DNA of 62,315 bases, the filler included, from Pirum gemmata (Eukaryota), in assembly GCA_002812295.1 (NCBI GenBank). It is 16 parts of 16 records of this genome, joined end to end, with 100 filler letters (N's around TTAATTAATTAA, not from the genome) between each part and the next. Parts side by side here need not be neighbours in the genome. Positions count along the whole stretch, not along the records: positions 11,681 to 15,478 come from PDIN01001887.1; positions 15,579 to 19,411 come from PDIN01001888.1; positions 19,512 to 23,315 come from PDIN01001889.1; positions 23,416 to 27,199 come from PDIN01001890.1; 12 more parts are not named here. The stretch is one strand, 5' to 3'. A program made the position numbers and the translations under genes. Shown here in pieces: positions 11,827-25,269 of the stretch. Position 1 is the first letter of the stretch; each line of letters starts with the position of its first letter. The notes under the pieces are model-generated. The model was not told where the DNA came from. It was given only the letters and a program-made list of their open reading frames with translations, and made no database searches.

Positions 11827-12710
11827 CATAGAAGAAAACCTCAAAAAAAAAACCTTTAATTAATGATAACAACCTAATATAGAACAAAATGAATGGGAAC
11901 AAAATGAATGGGAAGAGATGGGAAGAGATAGTGAAGAGATTATTAAAATAGAAGAATCAATACAAAAAAACTACCAAAAATTCCAAAAAGTCACATATGG
12001 GTACTAACCCAAAGAAAACCAACAAGACAGTGGACGCCGAAAACCTAGCTAGCCTTTTCAATGTCAGTATTCTGTTCCTTTCCACCAGAATCTGATGTCA
12101 AACTAAAAATCTTTGAACATAGACTAGACAAACCTGTAAGACCAGACTAGAATGGCTAGCTCTCTACTACTAGCTAGAGCTAGTAGCTAGGACCACATCG
12201 ATACTACTACGACTATGTATATGATACTAGCTATGAATAGTAGTATCATAATATCATATATCTCTACGAGACTACGACTAAGACTATGCCTACTCTAGTA
12301 GCTATCATAGCTAGTTATGATATCGATAGTAGGACTACTTATGTCGATACTACAGCTATGACATATCTCTACGGCTAAGACTCGGCTAAGACTACTAAGA
12401 CTATGCCTAGCTAGTAGTATCATAGTATATCAACTAGCTAGCAGCTAGCTAGCTAGCTAGATAACTAACTAAGGTACTAAACTGCGAGAACTTTCAAAAT
12501 TTTACTGCGCCGATCAACAATTTTCATTGGTTTTCTTCTTAGGGTTTTCTTCCTAGGGTTTTCTTCTTACAAAAGGGATAGTGATTATTTTCATCGCATC
12601 CAATAAAAAGCTCAGTTTACCTTCTTAACTCTAGCTAGCCTACAAGTTTCGAGCTACAGACTCCAGACACCCACTCTACAGCTAAGCTAAGTAATAGCAC
12701 TCTTAGTACC

Positions 12711-12775
<65 letters not shown>

Positions 12776-13322
12776 AGCAGTAGATAGTAATAATTTGTTG
12801 ATTTTGTTTCATACTCTAGCTATAGTACTTTGGTATAAGTTAATGATTTGATTGTCGTTCGATTTTAACTTGTTGTACTTTTCATAATAATACCATAATA
12901 CATAGTCTATGATTAGCAATTGTATTGTTCTTTTGTTGTAGAAATATTGGAGTTTAACTTTTGTTACTAATATATAGCGTTATAGTCGTTGTTATGGATG
13001 TTGTTTGAGCTCGAGATGTCATCTATAGTGGGATTCATCTATTCCATTCTAATTTTGCAAGTTTGTCTGTGTTCAAAAACTTTTGACCTCGGGTGGAAAT
13101 TCTTTGGAACAGTATTGACATTGAAAAAGTATTGAAAAGGTTGTTTCTTCGACGTCCACTGTTTTGATGGTTTTCTTTGGGTTAGTACGATATACATAAT
13201 ATACGTGGAGACTTTTTGTATTGATTCTCCTGTTTTCTATTATTTTTTTGTTCTATGTTCCATGGGTTGTTGAGGTGTTATCATTATAATAAATTTTTGC
13301 TGTGAGTCTTTCTTCTATGTTT
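11827..13322. pseudogene. Inverted pair of decayed copies (11827-12155 plus strand; 13040-13322 minus strand) of a small C2HC zinc-finger-like coding segment
   Basis: The minus copy reads FQCQYCSKEFPPEV, then after a frameshift VFEHRQTCKIRME. The two copies share gtactaacccaaagaaaacca...cagtggacg...ttttcaatgtca. Confidence 0.5.
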
Positions 13323-13667
13323 TTTATATTAGACTACTACTAGCTAGCTAGCTAGTAGTACTCCAACTATTTGTCATGATCAGTTGTAAACTCCAAGTTC
13401 CAACAGTCAATCTATCCAACTATTTGGGGGTGTCTAACTTTAACTACTTTTTTTAAAATACTAGTAGGTACTAGGTAGTGGTTTTGGTGCATTTTCTGTT
13501 GTTATTTTTGCTTTTTCTTTTCTACCTATTCGTCTAGTTCATTATATCGTAATAATTGTTGTAGTGTAGGATGAAGAAGAAGTAGCTACAATCTAGGTAT
13601 AGTAAAAAAAGAAAAAAAAGAAAAAGAAAAACTTAACAGTTTGCAGTTTGCAACAGGGTTGCAATGG

Positions 13668-14520
13668 ATATATCACTGATAGTTACTATCACTAGTTTTA
13701 CTGGCACTCGATACTATGCATTATTAATACTACCATTTTAATATCGATATCAATTATAATTTTTACTGCAACACCATATGGAAGTAGTTGATTTTTATAA
13801 TATTATAATTAATATTATGATATAAATTTAATTATATATATATCATTATATTGTAATCAAATTGATCCTAATCAAGAGGTCTAAGCGAAAACGTTTTAGC
13901 TCTAGTGATTTTCGTAATTAATTTTTTGTTTTTAGTTTTAGAATCACGGGAGTGAGCACAGGAAAAAAGGACAAATTCAAGCTTCAAAGGAGGCCTTTTG
14001 TACACAAAACCAAATTGGGCTCTTAGACTAAAACCCATCATCTAGATACCTTTTCAAGATACTTTTTCAATAATAACTTTGCTTTTTTAGGGTATGTGTA
14101 TATGATACATATGATAGTCATATGCGTCTATGATAGTTTAGTTCTTTGAAGTTTGAACTTCTTTCCAAAGAAAGAATGGTCTCTATAATAAGATATATAT
14201 ATGCGAGCACTACTAGCTAGCTAGAGTAGTAGACAGCTTACAGCTTACTGACTATCCCTCATCGATTCTAAAACTAAAAACTAGCTAAAACGTTTTCGCT
14301 TAGACCTCTTGATTAGGATCAATTTGATTATGATATAATGATATATATAATTAAATTTATATCATTTATATATATTATATCAATATTATAAAAATTTAAT
14401 TATAATTCAATATGATGTTGTAGTAAAAATTATAATTAATAATGAAGTGGTGGTATTCATAATAATTAATAGTATCCAGTGCCAGTAAAACTAGTAATAA
14501 AATAGTAATGATATTATCAA
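13668..14520. mobile_element. Foldback-like element with inverted arms at about 13668-13945 and 14264-14520
   Basis: aatcaaattgatcctaatcaagaggtctaagcgaaaacgttttagct versus its exact reverse complement at about 14283-14329; ctagttttactggcact versus agtgccagtaaaactag. Confidence 0.8.
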
Positions 14521-15167
14521 TAATAGTAGTATATGAGTGATAGAGCTGTGATTATTCATTCAAAAAAAAAAAAAAAAAATCATGATTGGCAGCGCTATCA
14601 ATNNNNNNNNNNNNNNNNNNNNNNNNNNNNNNNNNNNNNNNNNNNNNNNNNNNNNNNNNNNNNNNNNNNNNNNNNNNNNNNNNNNNNNNNNNNNNNNNNN
14701 NNNNNNTTTTTTTTGATTGTAGACTATCATTTATTTCATCCAGCTATTTCATCACAGTGTCCTCTCAATCTTTAATTTGGTACTGTTTAAGAGTGTTTAA
14801 GTGTATACCGTAATTGAACTTGTACATGTTTATAAAATACAACATTAAGTATAAAATACCAAATTAATTAAAACATGCATGATGGTTTAAAACCATAACA
14901 ATTTCAGTTTTTGAACTGGACAACACTATTGAAAAACACGATATATATATTATATCATATATCTATGATTAAAAAAAATGTTGAGTTGAAGTGCTCCTAA
15001 TAATAATAACAACAATACTAATAATAGTAATAGTAATATTTGATAGTAATAATGATGATAATATAATAAGAAATAATGTATAGTAAATAACAACAATAAC
15101 AATAACAATATTAATAAAATAATAATGCCTGACAATCACAAGAACAAGAACAACAACAACAACAATA

Positions 15168-15390
15168 TATAGGCCACTAATATCTATCCTCTTAGTTCAA
15201 GACGTAGTAGACCTAGCTGTTAGTTTTAGGCCTTAAACAAAAGAGGTCTATGTTATTTTTGATACCTATTAGTGGGATTTAGAAAGTCTTTAATCCCATC
15301 TGAAGACCTCTTTTGTTAGTTTTAATTAAGGTCTAAAAATAATGACTACTATGTCTAGAACTAACAGGATATACATTAATGGTCTACATA
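15168..15390. mobile_element. Palindromic MITE-like hairpin
   Basis: ttttaggccttaa..acaaaagaggtct pairs with agacctcttttgt..ttaaggtctaaaa; outer arms are degenerate. Confidence 0.55.
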
Positions 15391-15607
15391 ATAATAACAA
15401 TATATAATAATAGTAACAATAGTACTAATAATAAATAATAATAATATGATAATAATAAATCAAAATCAATAATAATAANNNNNNNNNNNNNNNNNNNNNN
15501 NNNNNNNNNNNNNNNNNNNNNNTTAATTAATTAANNNNNNNNNNNNNNNNNNNNNNNNNNNNNNNNNNNNNNNNNNNNAAAAGTATATATATATATATAT
15601 ATATGAT

Positions 15608-17500
15608 AACTATCCGATAACAATAACTGAATCTTTAGTTTTTTTCATAATAAAATTTAAAACACTCATCACACACGATATATATAATAAGATATAATAA
15701 AATTCTCATTTAAAACACCCATCACACATGCATGATATCGTTTGCAACACGTTATCAGCAATACCATAAAAACGCTATTATATCAGTACATCCATTATAA
15801 AACACAGATTATTCTGTTAATAACATCATTCGTGATGTCATTATTTCATAGTTTATCATTGTCGTGCGCGTTGTTGATATACTTGAAAAATCAAGAATCT
15901 TGAAGATGGTGGAGTTGGGTCACGTGATCTGTGTTTTATAATGGATTTACTGATATAACATCGTTTGCATTGCTGATAACGTGTTGCAAACGATATCAAG
16001 TGTGATGACTCACTGATGAGTGTTTTAATGAAAATTTTATTAAGAAAAAAACAACTAAAGATTCAGTTATTGTTAAGGACTATTTATCCATATACTTTTT
16101 TTTTTGTGTGTGTGTGTGTGTGTGTTTGGATATTCCGTCATTCTGTTAATAACGTCATTCGTGATGTCATTTTTCATAGACTATCTATACTCATCTATAA
16201 TCTATTTCAACAGTTGTTCTTGTTGTTGTTGTTGTGCTATGCGTTGGCAGTGATGTATGTGTTGGTGTAGTTGTTGTAATTGCTGTTGTAATGTGTTTCT
16301 GTCGTTCTTTGTATATGTCATTGGATAGAGTGTTGGAAATATTGCTCTGATCTTGATCTTATGGCTTTCTTTGTGTTGAGGTTGAGTAATAGATATTCGT
16401 CATCAGTGGAATCAAGTGGTGTGCCCATTATGATGTGTTTGGATATGCCTTCATTCTGTTAATAATGTCATTCGTGATGTCATTGTTTCATGGTCTATCT
16501 ATAGTCTATCTATAGTCTATTTCAACAATAATGATCAGTGATATGTAGGTGGTATTGGGCCTGTGGGGTGAGTTAGTTATAGAGTTGTTGTGTGTATTGT
16601 TTTTTAACTTGAAAAATTAAGAATCTTGAAGATGGGAATGGTAATAATGATAATGATAATGAAAATGATAAAGATAATAATTATTATAATAATATTACTA
16701 AAAATAATGATAATAAGAATGTAATAATAATAATAATAATAATAATAATGATAAAAATAATATTAATAATAATAATTATAATAGTTATAATATTAATAAT
16801 AATGATAATAATAATAATAATAATGATTAGTGATATAAAAATAATACTAAAAATAATGATAATAAGAATGATAATTAAATAATAATAATAATAATAATAA
16901 AAATAATATTAATAATAATAATAATAATAGTTATAATATCAATAATATCAATAATAATGATAATAATAATGATAATATAATGGCTAGTGATATGTGGGTG
17001 ATATTGAGCCTGCGGACTCGTCAGTGTGGAGTGAGTTAGAGAGTTGTTGTATGTATTGTTGGTGTACTTGAAAATTAAGAATCTTGAAGATGGTAAGTTG
17101 GGGTCACGTGATCCGTGTTTTAATGGTTGGTGTGAGTACAATATTGATGAAATATGAGTGCATATATGATTTGTGTATGATATTGTATGGTTTGTACAAG
17201 TTACATTATTGTCGTGCTCGTTGTTGATATACTTGAAAATTAGAATCTTGAAGATGGTGAGTTGGGGTCACGTGATCTGTGGTTTATAATGAATGTACTG
17301 ATATAATATCGTTTGTACGGTATTTATTGCTGAGAACGTGTTGCAAACGATATCATGTATGATGAGTGTTTTAATGAAAATTTTATTAAAAAAAACAACT
17401 AAGGATTCAGTTATTTGTTATCGTATATTAAGTATACATTATTATTAATGAAAACTTTATTAAGAAAAAAACAACTGAGGATTCAGTTACTTGTTATCGT
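15608..17500. repeat. Cluster of rearranged direct and inverted copies of a roughly 250-bp repeat
   Basis: acttgaaaa..agaatcttgaagatgg...ggtcacgtgatc...acgtgttgcaaacgatatca occurs near 15880, 16606, 17066 and 17231, and inverted at about 15620-15810. Confidence 0.8.
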
Positions 17501-19266
17501 ATATTAATAGAATAATGATAAGTTTAATTATTGCCTCATTATGTTTATCAACCCAATCATCAATTATTGCTTTGATTTCCTCTTTCGTTCTTGAAAAGAG
17601 TGGCCACCATTTTGATGTTTTTGCGTCGGTTACTATTATTACATACCTTGTTCCATCGTATACTATTTCATCCCATTCCTTTGTGTCGATATATAGCAAT
17701 TGTCCTGGGTACGTTCTGAGTGTGTTTCACTTTGTTTGTTAACTTTCTTCTTATTAAGTTTACTTTTAACGCATATATCACATTGTTTATTTGAAAATTT
17801 CTTCACTGTTGGGTTGATATGTTTAACATATCTGTGTGCGATATGTACATATATCATGTACTCCATTGGTATATCATTTGCTTTAGTCACTTGTGTATGT
17901 ATATTAGAAAAAAATGTAAAATAAATATTGTAAAAATTGTTTTGTAAAATTTAGAAGTCATTTTATTCAAAAGTTCCATTCTATTTCTGCCTTTTATACT
18001 TTTTCATAATTCTAAATAATCTCTCTTTTTAATATTAGCCCTTTTTGATTGGTACAAATAATCAGAGGTGATTTTTCAACCATGGGGTATCTTCGTCATC
18101 CATGCTGGGGTAATTTCACATTATTTGGTAAAGCCCCAAAAGTTCCCCACAGACAAATATTTCAAACATTACATCATTTGTTCTTCTCATATTATTTTTC
18201 TTACATCATTTTTCCCTTCTCATATTATTTTTCGTAAATCATTTGTCCTTCTCATCATGCGTAATTTCAAAGAGGGGTTTTTTTTTTTTAACTTCTCAGT
18301 ATTCTATTAATGTATATTGGCGATAGTTGTATTCATGTTCGTGTGTGTGCCTTTGTTCTTGGTTGTTTCACGTTGTTTTCAGTTTGTGTATTGTATAGTT
18401 TTGTTATATAGTATATCCCTTGATATTTATATCCACTTGCTACTAATTCGTCATTCTTGTGTATTTCAATTATGCCATTTTTGATTGTTATTATGTTGCT
18501 ATATCTGGGTCGATTATAGTTTTACCTCTGTCCAATATTGTGATGTACCCTACTGTGGTAGCTGTTTTTGTTCCTGTTAATGTTTTCATGCTATTGTATT
18601 CCGTTCTGATGTTAGTTGCGTCGTCTTGTAATTTGGTGTAGTGTGGGTCTGCTGCCGAGTCTGCTACCTTCCACACATTCAGTTATAAGTCTTCCTGTTC
18701 CTTGTCTTTATTTTGACTTCGTCGTTCTTTGTTTGTTGTACTGTTGCCATTGTCGTCTTTATCATTGAAATGTGCTTGATTTTCTCTTCTATGCTGACCA
18801 TATCCTGATTGTAAGTCTCTTAGTCGTTGTCTGCATGCGCGTAAACAATGCCCTTGCTTGTTGCAGTAGTGTCAGTCTTTGTCCTTGAAATAACAGGCTT
18901 CCGAGTCATGTGTTCCGTTACATCGGTAGCATTTATCAGATTGTTGGCGTTGTCCTCGTGTTTGTGTTGTATTCGTTTAATTAGCTTCAGTGTGGTGCAT
19001 AGCGTGTGCCTTAGTGTTTGTTATCTTTATATCGTTTTCTGCATCAAGAATTCTGTTGAGTACATCCGGGTAATTTTTTTCTTATTCTAATAATGTAATA
19101 TATTATCATATATACATTATTATTATTATTCCGTCATTCTGATGATTCCGTACTGAGCTATCAGGTAATCCATTTTCCCACATATTCTCGTTTTCTTATA
19201 GCATATTCTATTACCGTCATTTATTATGTCATTGTTTCATAGTCTATCTATAGTCTATCTTCAACA
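16131..19266 (-). mobile_element. Decayed, rearranged Ty1/copia LTR retrotransposon
   Basis: Minus-strand order is LTR, protease motif WKVADSAADPH (about 18676-18640), pre-integrase zinc finger HIAHRYVKHIN...CDICVKSK (17890-17750), integrase core start PGQLLYIDT...DGTRYVIIVTD (frameshifted near 17705), and SH3-like KHIIMGTPLDSTDDEYLLLNLNTKK...IFPTLYP (16450-16325). Protease followed by integrase is the copia arrangement. No RT is seen. Confidence 0.8.
19054..19266 (-). mobile_element. Putative 213-bp LTR (TGTTGA...TCAACA); partial copies of one end at 16131-16212 and 16452-16527
   Basis: TG...CA termini with a 6-bp inverted repeat; tgtcattgtttcatagtctatctatagtctat(c/t)ttcaaca is shared with the partial copies. 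Confidence 0.65.
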
Positions 19267-21039
19267 CAAATAATTAGGGGTTATTTTAACCGCAGGTTAT
19301 TTTCTAAGTGACAGTCTAGTTTTTGCTTGTACCTGGTGTTGCAAACGATAAAGATAGGTGTTTGAGTGTTTTGTAGATGATAATATAAAATAAAAAAACG
19401 GATATATTTTTNNNNNNNNNNNNNNNNNNNNNNNNNNNNNNNNNNNNNNNNNNNNTTAATTAATTAANNNNNNNNNNNNNNNNNNNNNNNNNNNNNNNNN
19501 NNNNNNNNNNNAGAGAAAAAAAAGAAAAAGACTAAGAGATAGTCGGTGGTGACGTAAGTCGGTGGTGACGTGGGTGTCCTGTTGGATTGGGTTACAGTAG
19601 TAATTCATAGCATGAGAGGGTTGTTTTTTTTTTTTTTTTTTTTTTTTTTTATATCATATTCAATATATACATTGCTTTTTTTTATTACATGATATTATTA
19701 GAAAATTTAGACCCCATCTAACCAGCCAAATTATGTTTAAAAGCTAGCTATTGGTCCATAATAGACTTTTTCAATTATAATATTTCCCAATTTTTTGGTA
19801 GCACTTCAATTAAAAATTGAATCATTTTGATATTTTTTGGATTTTTTATATATCACAGATCTCTAGCTAGCTAGTCTAAAAATAGTATCATAGATCTAGT
19901 TACTAGCTAGCTACTAGCCCGATAAATACAAGATAAATAGCGCTCATTTTATGCGAAAACCCCGCATGATTATATATGGAAATATGAACTAAGTTGTTAC
20001 CTTTTTAAGATATAAAGTAGCCATAAATAGTTTAGAAGATCTAATAGGCTTCTCCCAATTCTGCTCTGTTTAAAAATCGATTTTTCTTTTGATCAGAGAG
20101 AGTTGGATCCAGGTCAGAAGGCTAGGTTTGGAAAACCAGAGAGGGTAGCTATTGGCTATAGGATAGCCAGCGCCAGACTTATTAAAAGTTATTACAGTTG
20201 ATAATTTTTATCTTTCCCTTTTATGGTTATCTATTATAATATAAATCCTGCCCAATATATTTTTATTTCTTAATTATTTTGTTTCTTTTTTAGTTTCCCC
20301 ATATTCTACCCATTGCACTACTATTAGTTTTGAAAGTTCTTTTTCGGACATTTTACCCTTTTTTATTAATAATTCTACCCTATTGAAAAAGTCAGACAGA
20401 ATAATGACAGGAAGAGTGAGTCTGAGAACTGTCTGAGACACTCATTTTCCGCTGCAGCTGCGGCTTACTATTTATAGTAAAAAGTAAGCTATTTAAGTTA
20501 ACTTGTTAATAGGTTTGTTAATCTACTAAGATTGTTCCAAAAACAGCAAATTATTTACTATTTATGATTTACAATTTACTTAATTTGGAAACCGTAAGTG
20601 GGTTGCGGAATGCGGAATTAGTGTCAATCTTTTATTATAGGTGTAATACTAAGACCTCATGGTGTAATGGACTTTTTTTTTTTTGATGAATCAATTAATG
20701 ATAAAGAAGATCGCGTTCAAATAATAAGTCACGTCAAGGGGTAGGTAGGTAGGTGGTATTTGACCGGAAATTAACGTCGAGGGGGTAGGTAGGTAGGGGT
20801 AGTCTAGCTAGTAGTTCATTCAACTTCATTTATGATAATTATTATGAATTTTTATGATAATTATGATAGACTAGTCTACAGATTATCAGATAGTTTATCG
20901 TGTTTTTCAATAGTGTTGTTCAGTATTATTATTATGGTTAAAAACTATCAGACATGTTTTATTAACAAGCTCAACTATACACTTGTACACTTAAACAATA
21001 CCTGTTTTTTTTTTTTTGCGTTTTAATTTTTTTGTTTTG

Positions 21040-21475
21040 TTAATTTTTGTTTGTTTGTTTTTTAGTTTGTTAGTTAGTTGATTTTTGTTTGTTTGGTTTG
21101 TTTGGTTTTGTGTTTTCGTATATATGTTAGTTTGTTAGTTTGTTAATTTTTGTTTGTTTGTTGTTTGTTAGTTTGTTTGTTTGTTTGTTTGTTAATTTTT
21201 GTTTGTTTGTTTGTTTGTTTGTTTGTTTGTTTGTTTGTTTGTTTGTTTGTTTGTTTGTTTGTTCATGTTTTGTTTGTTGGTTTTGTTGGTTTCGCTGGAT
21301 TTTAGTTTGATTTTCTTGTTTGCCTGTTTTTGTTTTTCCGTGTTTGTTTGTTTGTTTGTTTGTTTGTTTGTTTGTTTGTTTGTTTGTTTGTTTGTTNTTG
21401 TTTGTTTGTTTGTTTGTTTGTTTGTTTGTTTGTTTGTTTGTTTGTTTGTTTGTTTGTTTGTTTTGTTTTGTTGTA
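21040..21475. repeat. (GTTT)n microsatellite
   Basis: Direct reading. Confidence 0.95.
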
Positions 21476-21501
21476 GTTTACATTACACCAACACCACAGA
21501 G

Positions 21502-21642
21502 AGCAGTAGGTTATAGTTATGTATATAGTTAATTAAATTAAAGTTACAATTTGTTGATTTGTTTCACCTTGGTATAAGTTAATGATTTGATTGTAACTTG
21601 GTTTTGACTTGTTGCACTTTTCATAAATCATAACAACACCGG
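21502..21642. repeat. Dispersed repeat; copies at 12776-12900 and 28325-28468 (inverted)
   Basis: Shared aatttgttgatttgtttca...ttggtataagttaatgatttgattg...cttgttg(t/c)acttttcataa. Confidence 0.8.
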
Positions 21643-23214
21643 TATTATAATATACTTGTGCAAATCATTTTTTCGGTCTATGCACAACCTACCCCAGAAG
21701 GAAAAACTTCTAGCTAGCAGTCTAATTTATAATAAATAATTATAGTCATCATAACAGAATATAAAAATAAATAGTTATTACAATATAAACCCATTTAGTT
21801 TAATTTGGTATAATTTATTACCTATATTATATTGATTTAAAAATGTCAATTTAAAGATTATAACCCTCCAAATAAATATTCAAAATGACAAAATAAATGA
21901 AAGGCACGATATAATAAATTAATAATAATAATATCAGCTATCTAGCCTAGATAGATAAGCTAGCTAGCATGATAATACAATAAAGAGGTATTAATTTATT
22001 TTTAAATCTACTGATAAACTAGTTGATATTATTAAAAATAAGAACAAAAAGTTCTTTTTTTTTTTCTCTAGTCTTTTTTTTTAAAATTTGCTAGCTAGAC
22101 TACTGTTTTAGTACTAATAATCACTACACGATAGTTTAGTGTCTTTTTTACCGTTATAACTTATAATGAATGGAGATCTACTAATAGTGTGACATCTTAA
22201 TTAACTGCGGTTTTTGGTCAAGGCAAAAATAACTGATAATTTGCTATACTTTTGCTATGATATATACATACACATATAGGGATATACCATCTCCTTTAAA
22301 AACGTCAAACTTTCACAGAGATTTTCAATTTTCGAACATAAGTAATTTTTAAAATAGATTTTTAATAAGTTTGAAATTTTAAAACATACGACGATATATA
22401 TCAATAGACATGATGTTCACTGCTATGATACATTACGCTTGACAATTAGACTACCAACCAAAATTTGAAAAGTGGCCAAATCTTTTCTGTCGATTCAAAC
22501 ATTTAACACACACTAAATTTATATATTCGAAATAGAATATTATTATTGCTTTGTTCCGAAAAGTTGGGGGTTCCTAGATGCAATGCACCGTAAGATGTTA
22601 TTAGTCAAGACCTAAACCTACTAAATTTTAACCTAGCTAGCTAGTAACTACAATTTATCTAACCAATCAAAAAGAATAACTTTCTACTATTACTTTCAAA
22701 CTACCAATAGGGTCAAGCCACAGAACCTGAAAACTAGCTAGCTACTAGAAAAATTTTAATAACAGAAACCAATGAAAAGAACGAAAATATTCTGGTAGGA
22801 TTTTTGACAAAAAAAGTACATTTCGCGTTGGTGGATGTAACAATTAAATCCGATTTAACGGATAACGATTGGTGATTTATATTGTAGTACTGTTTGTTGC
22901 GTTCTTATAATGGTCTTGAAAATTTAGCTAGTAAAATTTTTTTTTTTAGTCATTGTATTATATAACTATTATAATATAATATACCATTATGATTTATGTT
23001 GATCTGCAGATGTCTATGCTCATAGCTAGATCTAGCTAGTCAGTGGCCCAGCAGCCTAGGCCCACCAGCTTTGCGGGGGTTCAATTTCTTATCTGCAACA
23101 GCATCTGTTACTGAATACTGACTGTTATACAGGCTTAGTCTACAAGAGCTATATGATAGGATGATTTCTAAAATGATGATAAATTTTGACAACTTTTACC
23201 CTTTTACCCACATA

Positions 23215-23473
23215 CTAACTCTAACTAACCCCCAACCCCAAACAGTTCCTAAATCCTAAACCTTTTAAACTCTAAACCATTAACCCTAAACCCTAAACCC
23301 TAAACCCTAAACCCTNNNNNNNNNNNNNNNNNNNNNNNNNNNNNNNNNNNNNNNNNNNNTTAATTAATTAANNNNNNNNNNNNNNNNNNNNNNNNNNNNN
23401 NNNNNNNNNNNNNNNGGGTTAGGGTTAGGGGTTGGGGTTGGGGTTAGGGTTAGGGTTAGGGTTAGGGTTAGGG
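23215..23473. repeat. Telomere-like repeats at two contig ends: (CCCTAAA)n ending 23315 and (GGGTTA)n at 23416-23473
   Basis: Direct reading. The orientation is opposite to that of true chromosome ends, so these are interstitial arrays that broke the assembly. Confidence 0.85.
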
Positions 23474-24984
23474 CTTGACCACTTACTACTACTAGCTAGT
23501 AATAAACACGAGGCATCAGGCAAGGGGCAAGGAGGCAAAGAGGCAAGTTTCTTTTTTTTTTTTTCCTTTTGCCTAAATAATTTCCAGGGATTGGGATTTG
23601 GGAGGGTATTTTCATATGATATGATAATATAAATAAAAAAAAAATTCATAAACCCCCCAGGGCCCACGCGAGGGAGTCGGAGGGACCCACCAGTGGCCAC
23701 CACCCAAAAATTTTGAAGTGTGTATAGTATAATAGTATAGACTATATTATATAAGTATCGATATTTACTGATTATATCATCTTGATAAGTATATAACTAT
23801 ACTAGTAGCTAGATGGTATGTCAGATATGGGGTTCTTGATATGGTCCTCTTGAGTCTTGATATAGTAGTGTCTATAGATACTCTATAGATGCTATATGTA
23901 TGTAAGAACCCAGACCCTAACCCTAACCCTAACCCTAACCCAGTATGCATTATTAGTTGCCTCGTAATTTGCCTAGCTCTTGCCTAGCTCTTGCCTCCTA
24001 ATCTCTAGCTAGCATCGGATAGCTAACTACTTGTCTAACTACTACTACTAGCTATCGATACTACTAGAACAGGATCCCAGTAGACGGTTGCAGACCAATC
24101 CCAGTTGGTAGGACCCCGAGACTGCTACGGGAAAAATAAGTGAGCACAAAGTCTTGCTGGCACCCATCGACCATCTATGATATTGTTATAAATATGATAA
24201 TATGTATGTAATTTATTATTATTATTGTTGTTATTTATTGAATAATTATAAGTACTGTCTTTTTGAAATTCAACAGTGTGAATATTATTCCCTTTTCGAT
24301 TTTCAGAAAATTTTGTTTTGCGTCATTGCACTGCTAACTGTAATTGCTAGTCCAAGTTACCACACAAGAAAATTAATGTATAAGCTTCTAGATTATAATG
24401 ATTCTGAAGACAAGTTATCATTGATGATGACGACGATGGCATCGTTCCTCAAATGTCCTTTAGCTATACCACAAAGAAAAATTAAGACTACTGACAAAGT
24501 TTTTTATATAATATCGATATACATAATATTATATAATTATGAAGAGCATGTTCTTGAAATTTTTTTGTTAAATATTTGTTATGATATCGATGATCCAAAA
24601 AACGTTTTTTAACCGAAAAAGATGATGATGTTGCTAAAAATTTTGTTAATTAAAATTCAACAAGCTCAAGTCAACTACGTTTCTGAAATAATTAATAGAC
24701 AATTGAACGAACTGTATAATTTTTATATATACGAGCTCCTATTTTTTAGTGCTTCAGAGGTACCAGATGAGGGCTAACTAGCTAGGGTTAGGGAGTTTGC
24801 TAGAAGGAGCTTGGTTTGTTACAGAAAAAACATTAAATTTGGGGAAAATATTCGTAATTCATATTCATGTATTATTGTTTTATTACTATTGTTTTGTAAT
24901 ATTGTATTACACTGTATTACTGTGTTTAATTTTGTACTTTTTATTTTTTTTACTTTATTGTATTATTATTCAGTAATATCACAT

Positions 24985-25180
24985 AATTGTATTATCGTTG
25001 TATTATTGTATTATTGTATTATTGTATTATTGTATTATTGTATTATTGTATTATTGTATTATTGTATTATTGTATTATTGTATTATTGTATTATTGTACA
25101 TGTATTATTGTATTATTGTATTATTGTATTATTGTATTATTGTATCATCGTATCATCGTATTATAGTATTATAGTATTGC
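24985..25180. repeat. (TATTATTG)n octamer satellite
   Basis: Direct reading. Confidence 0.9.
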
Positions 25181-25269
25181 AAATTCCCCACCCCTCCGTA
25201 CAATTTTTAAAAGAAAAATATTTTTTAATTAATATTATATTGCAGTAGCACTTTCGTTTATTTTCATAT

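Noticed and set aside
24202..24760. 136-aa ORF and downstream read-through as a gene
   Set aside because: No recognisable motif or consistent splice model; at most a decayed fragment.
20832..25248. ORFs such as FVCL, LYYCIIV and PNPN repeats (also 32378-32648, 38696-38959, 54102-54534, 60948-61499)
   Set aside because: They are microsatellite or low-complexity translations with no coding features.
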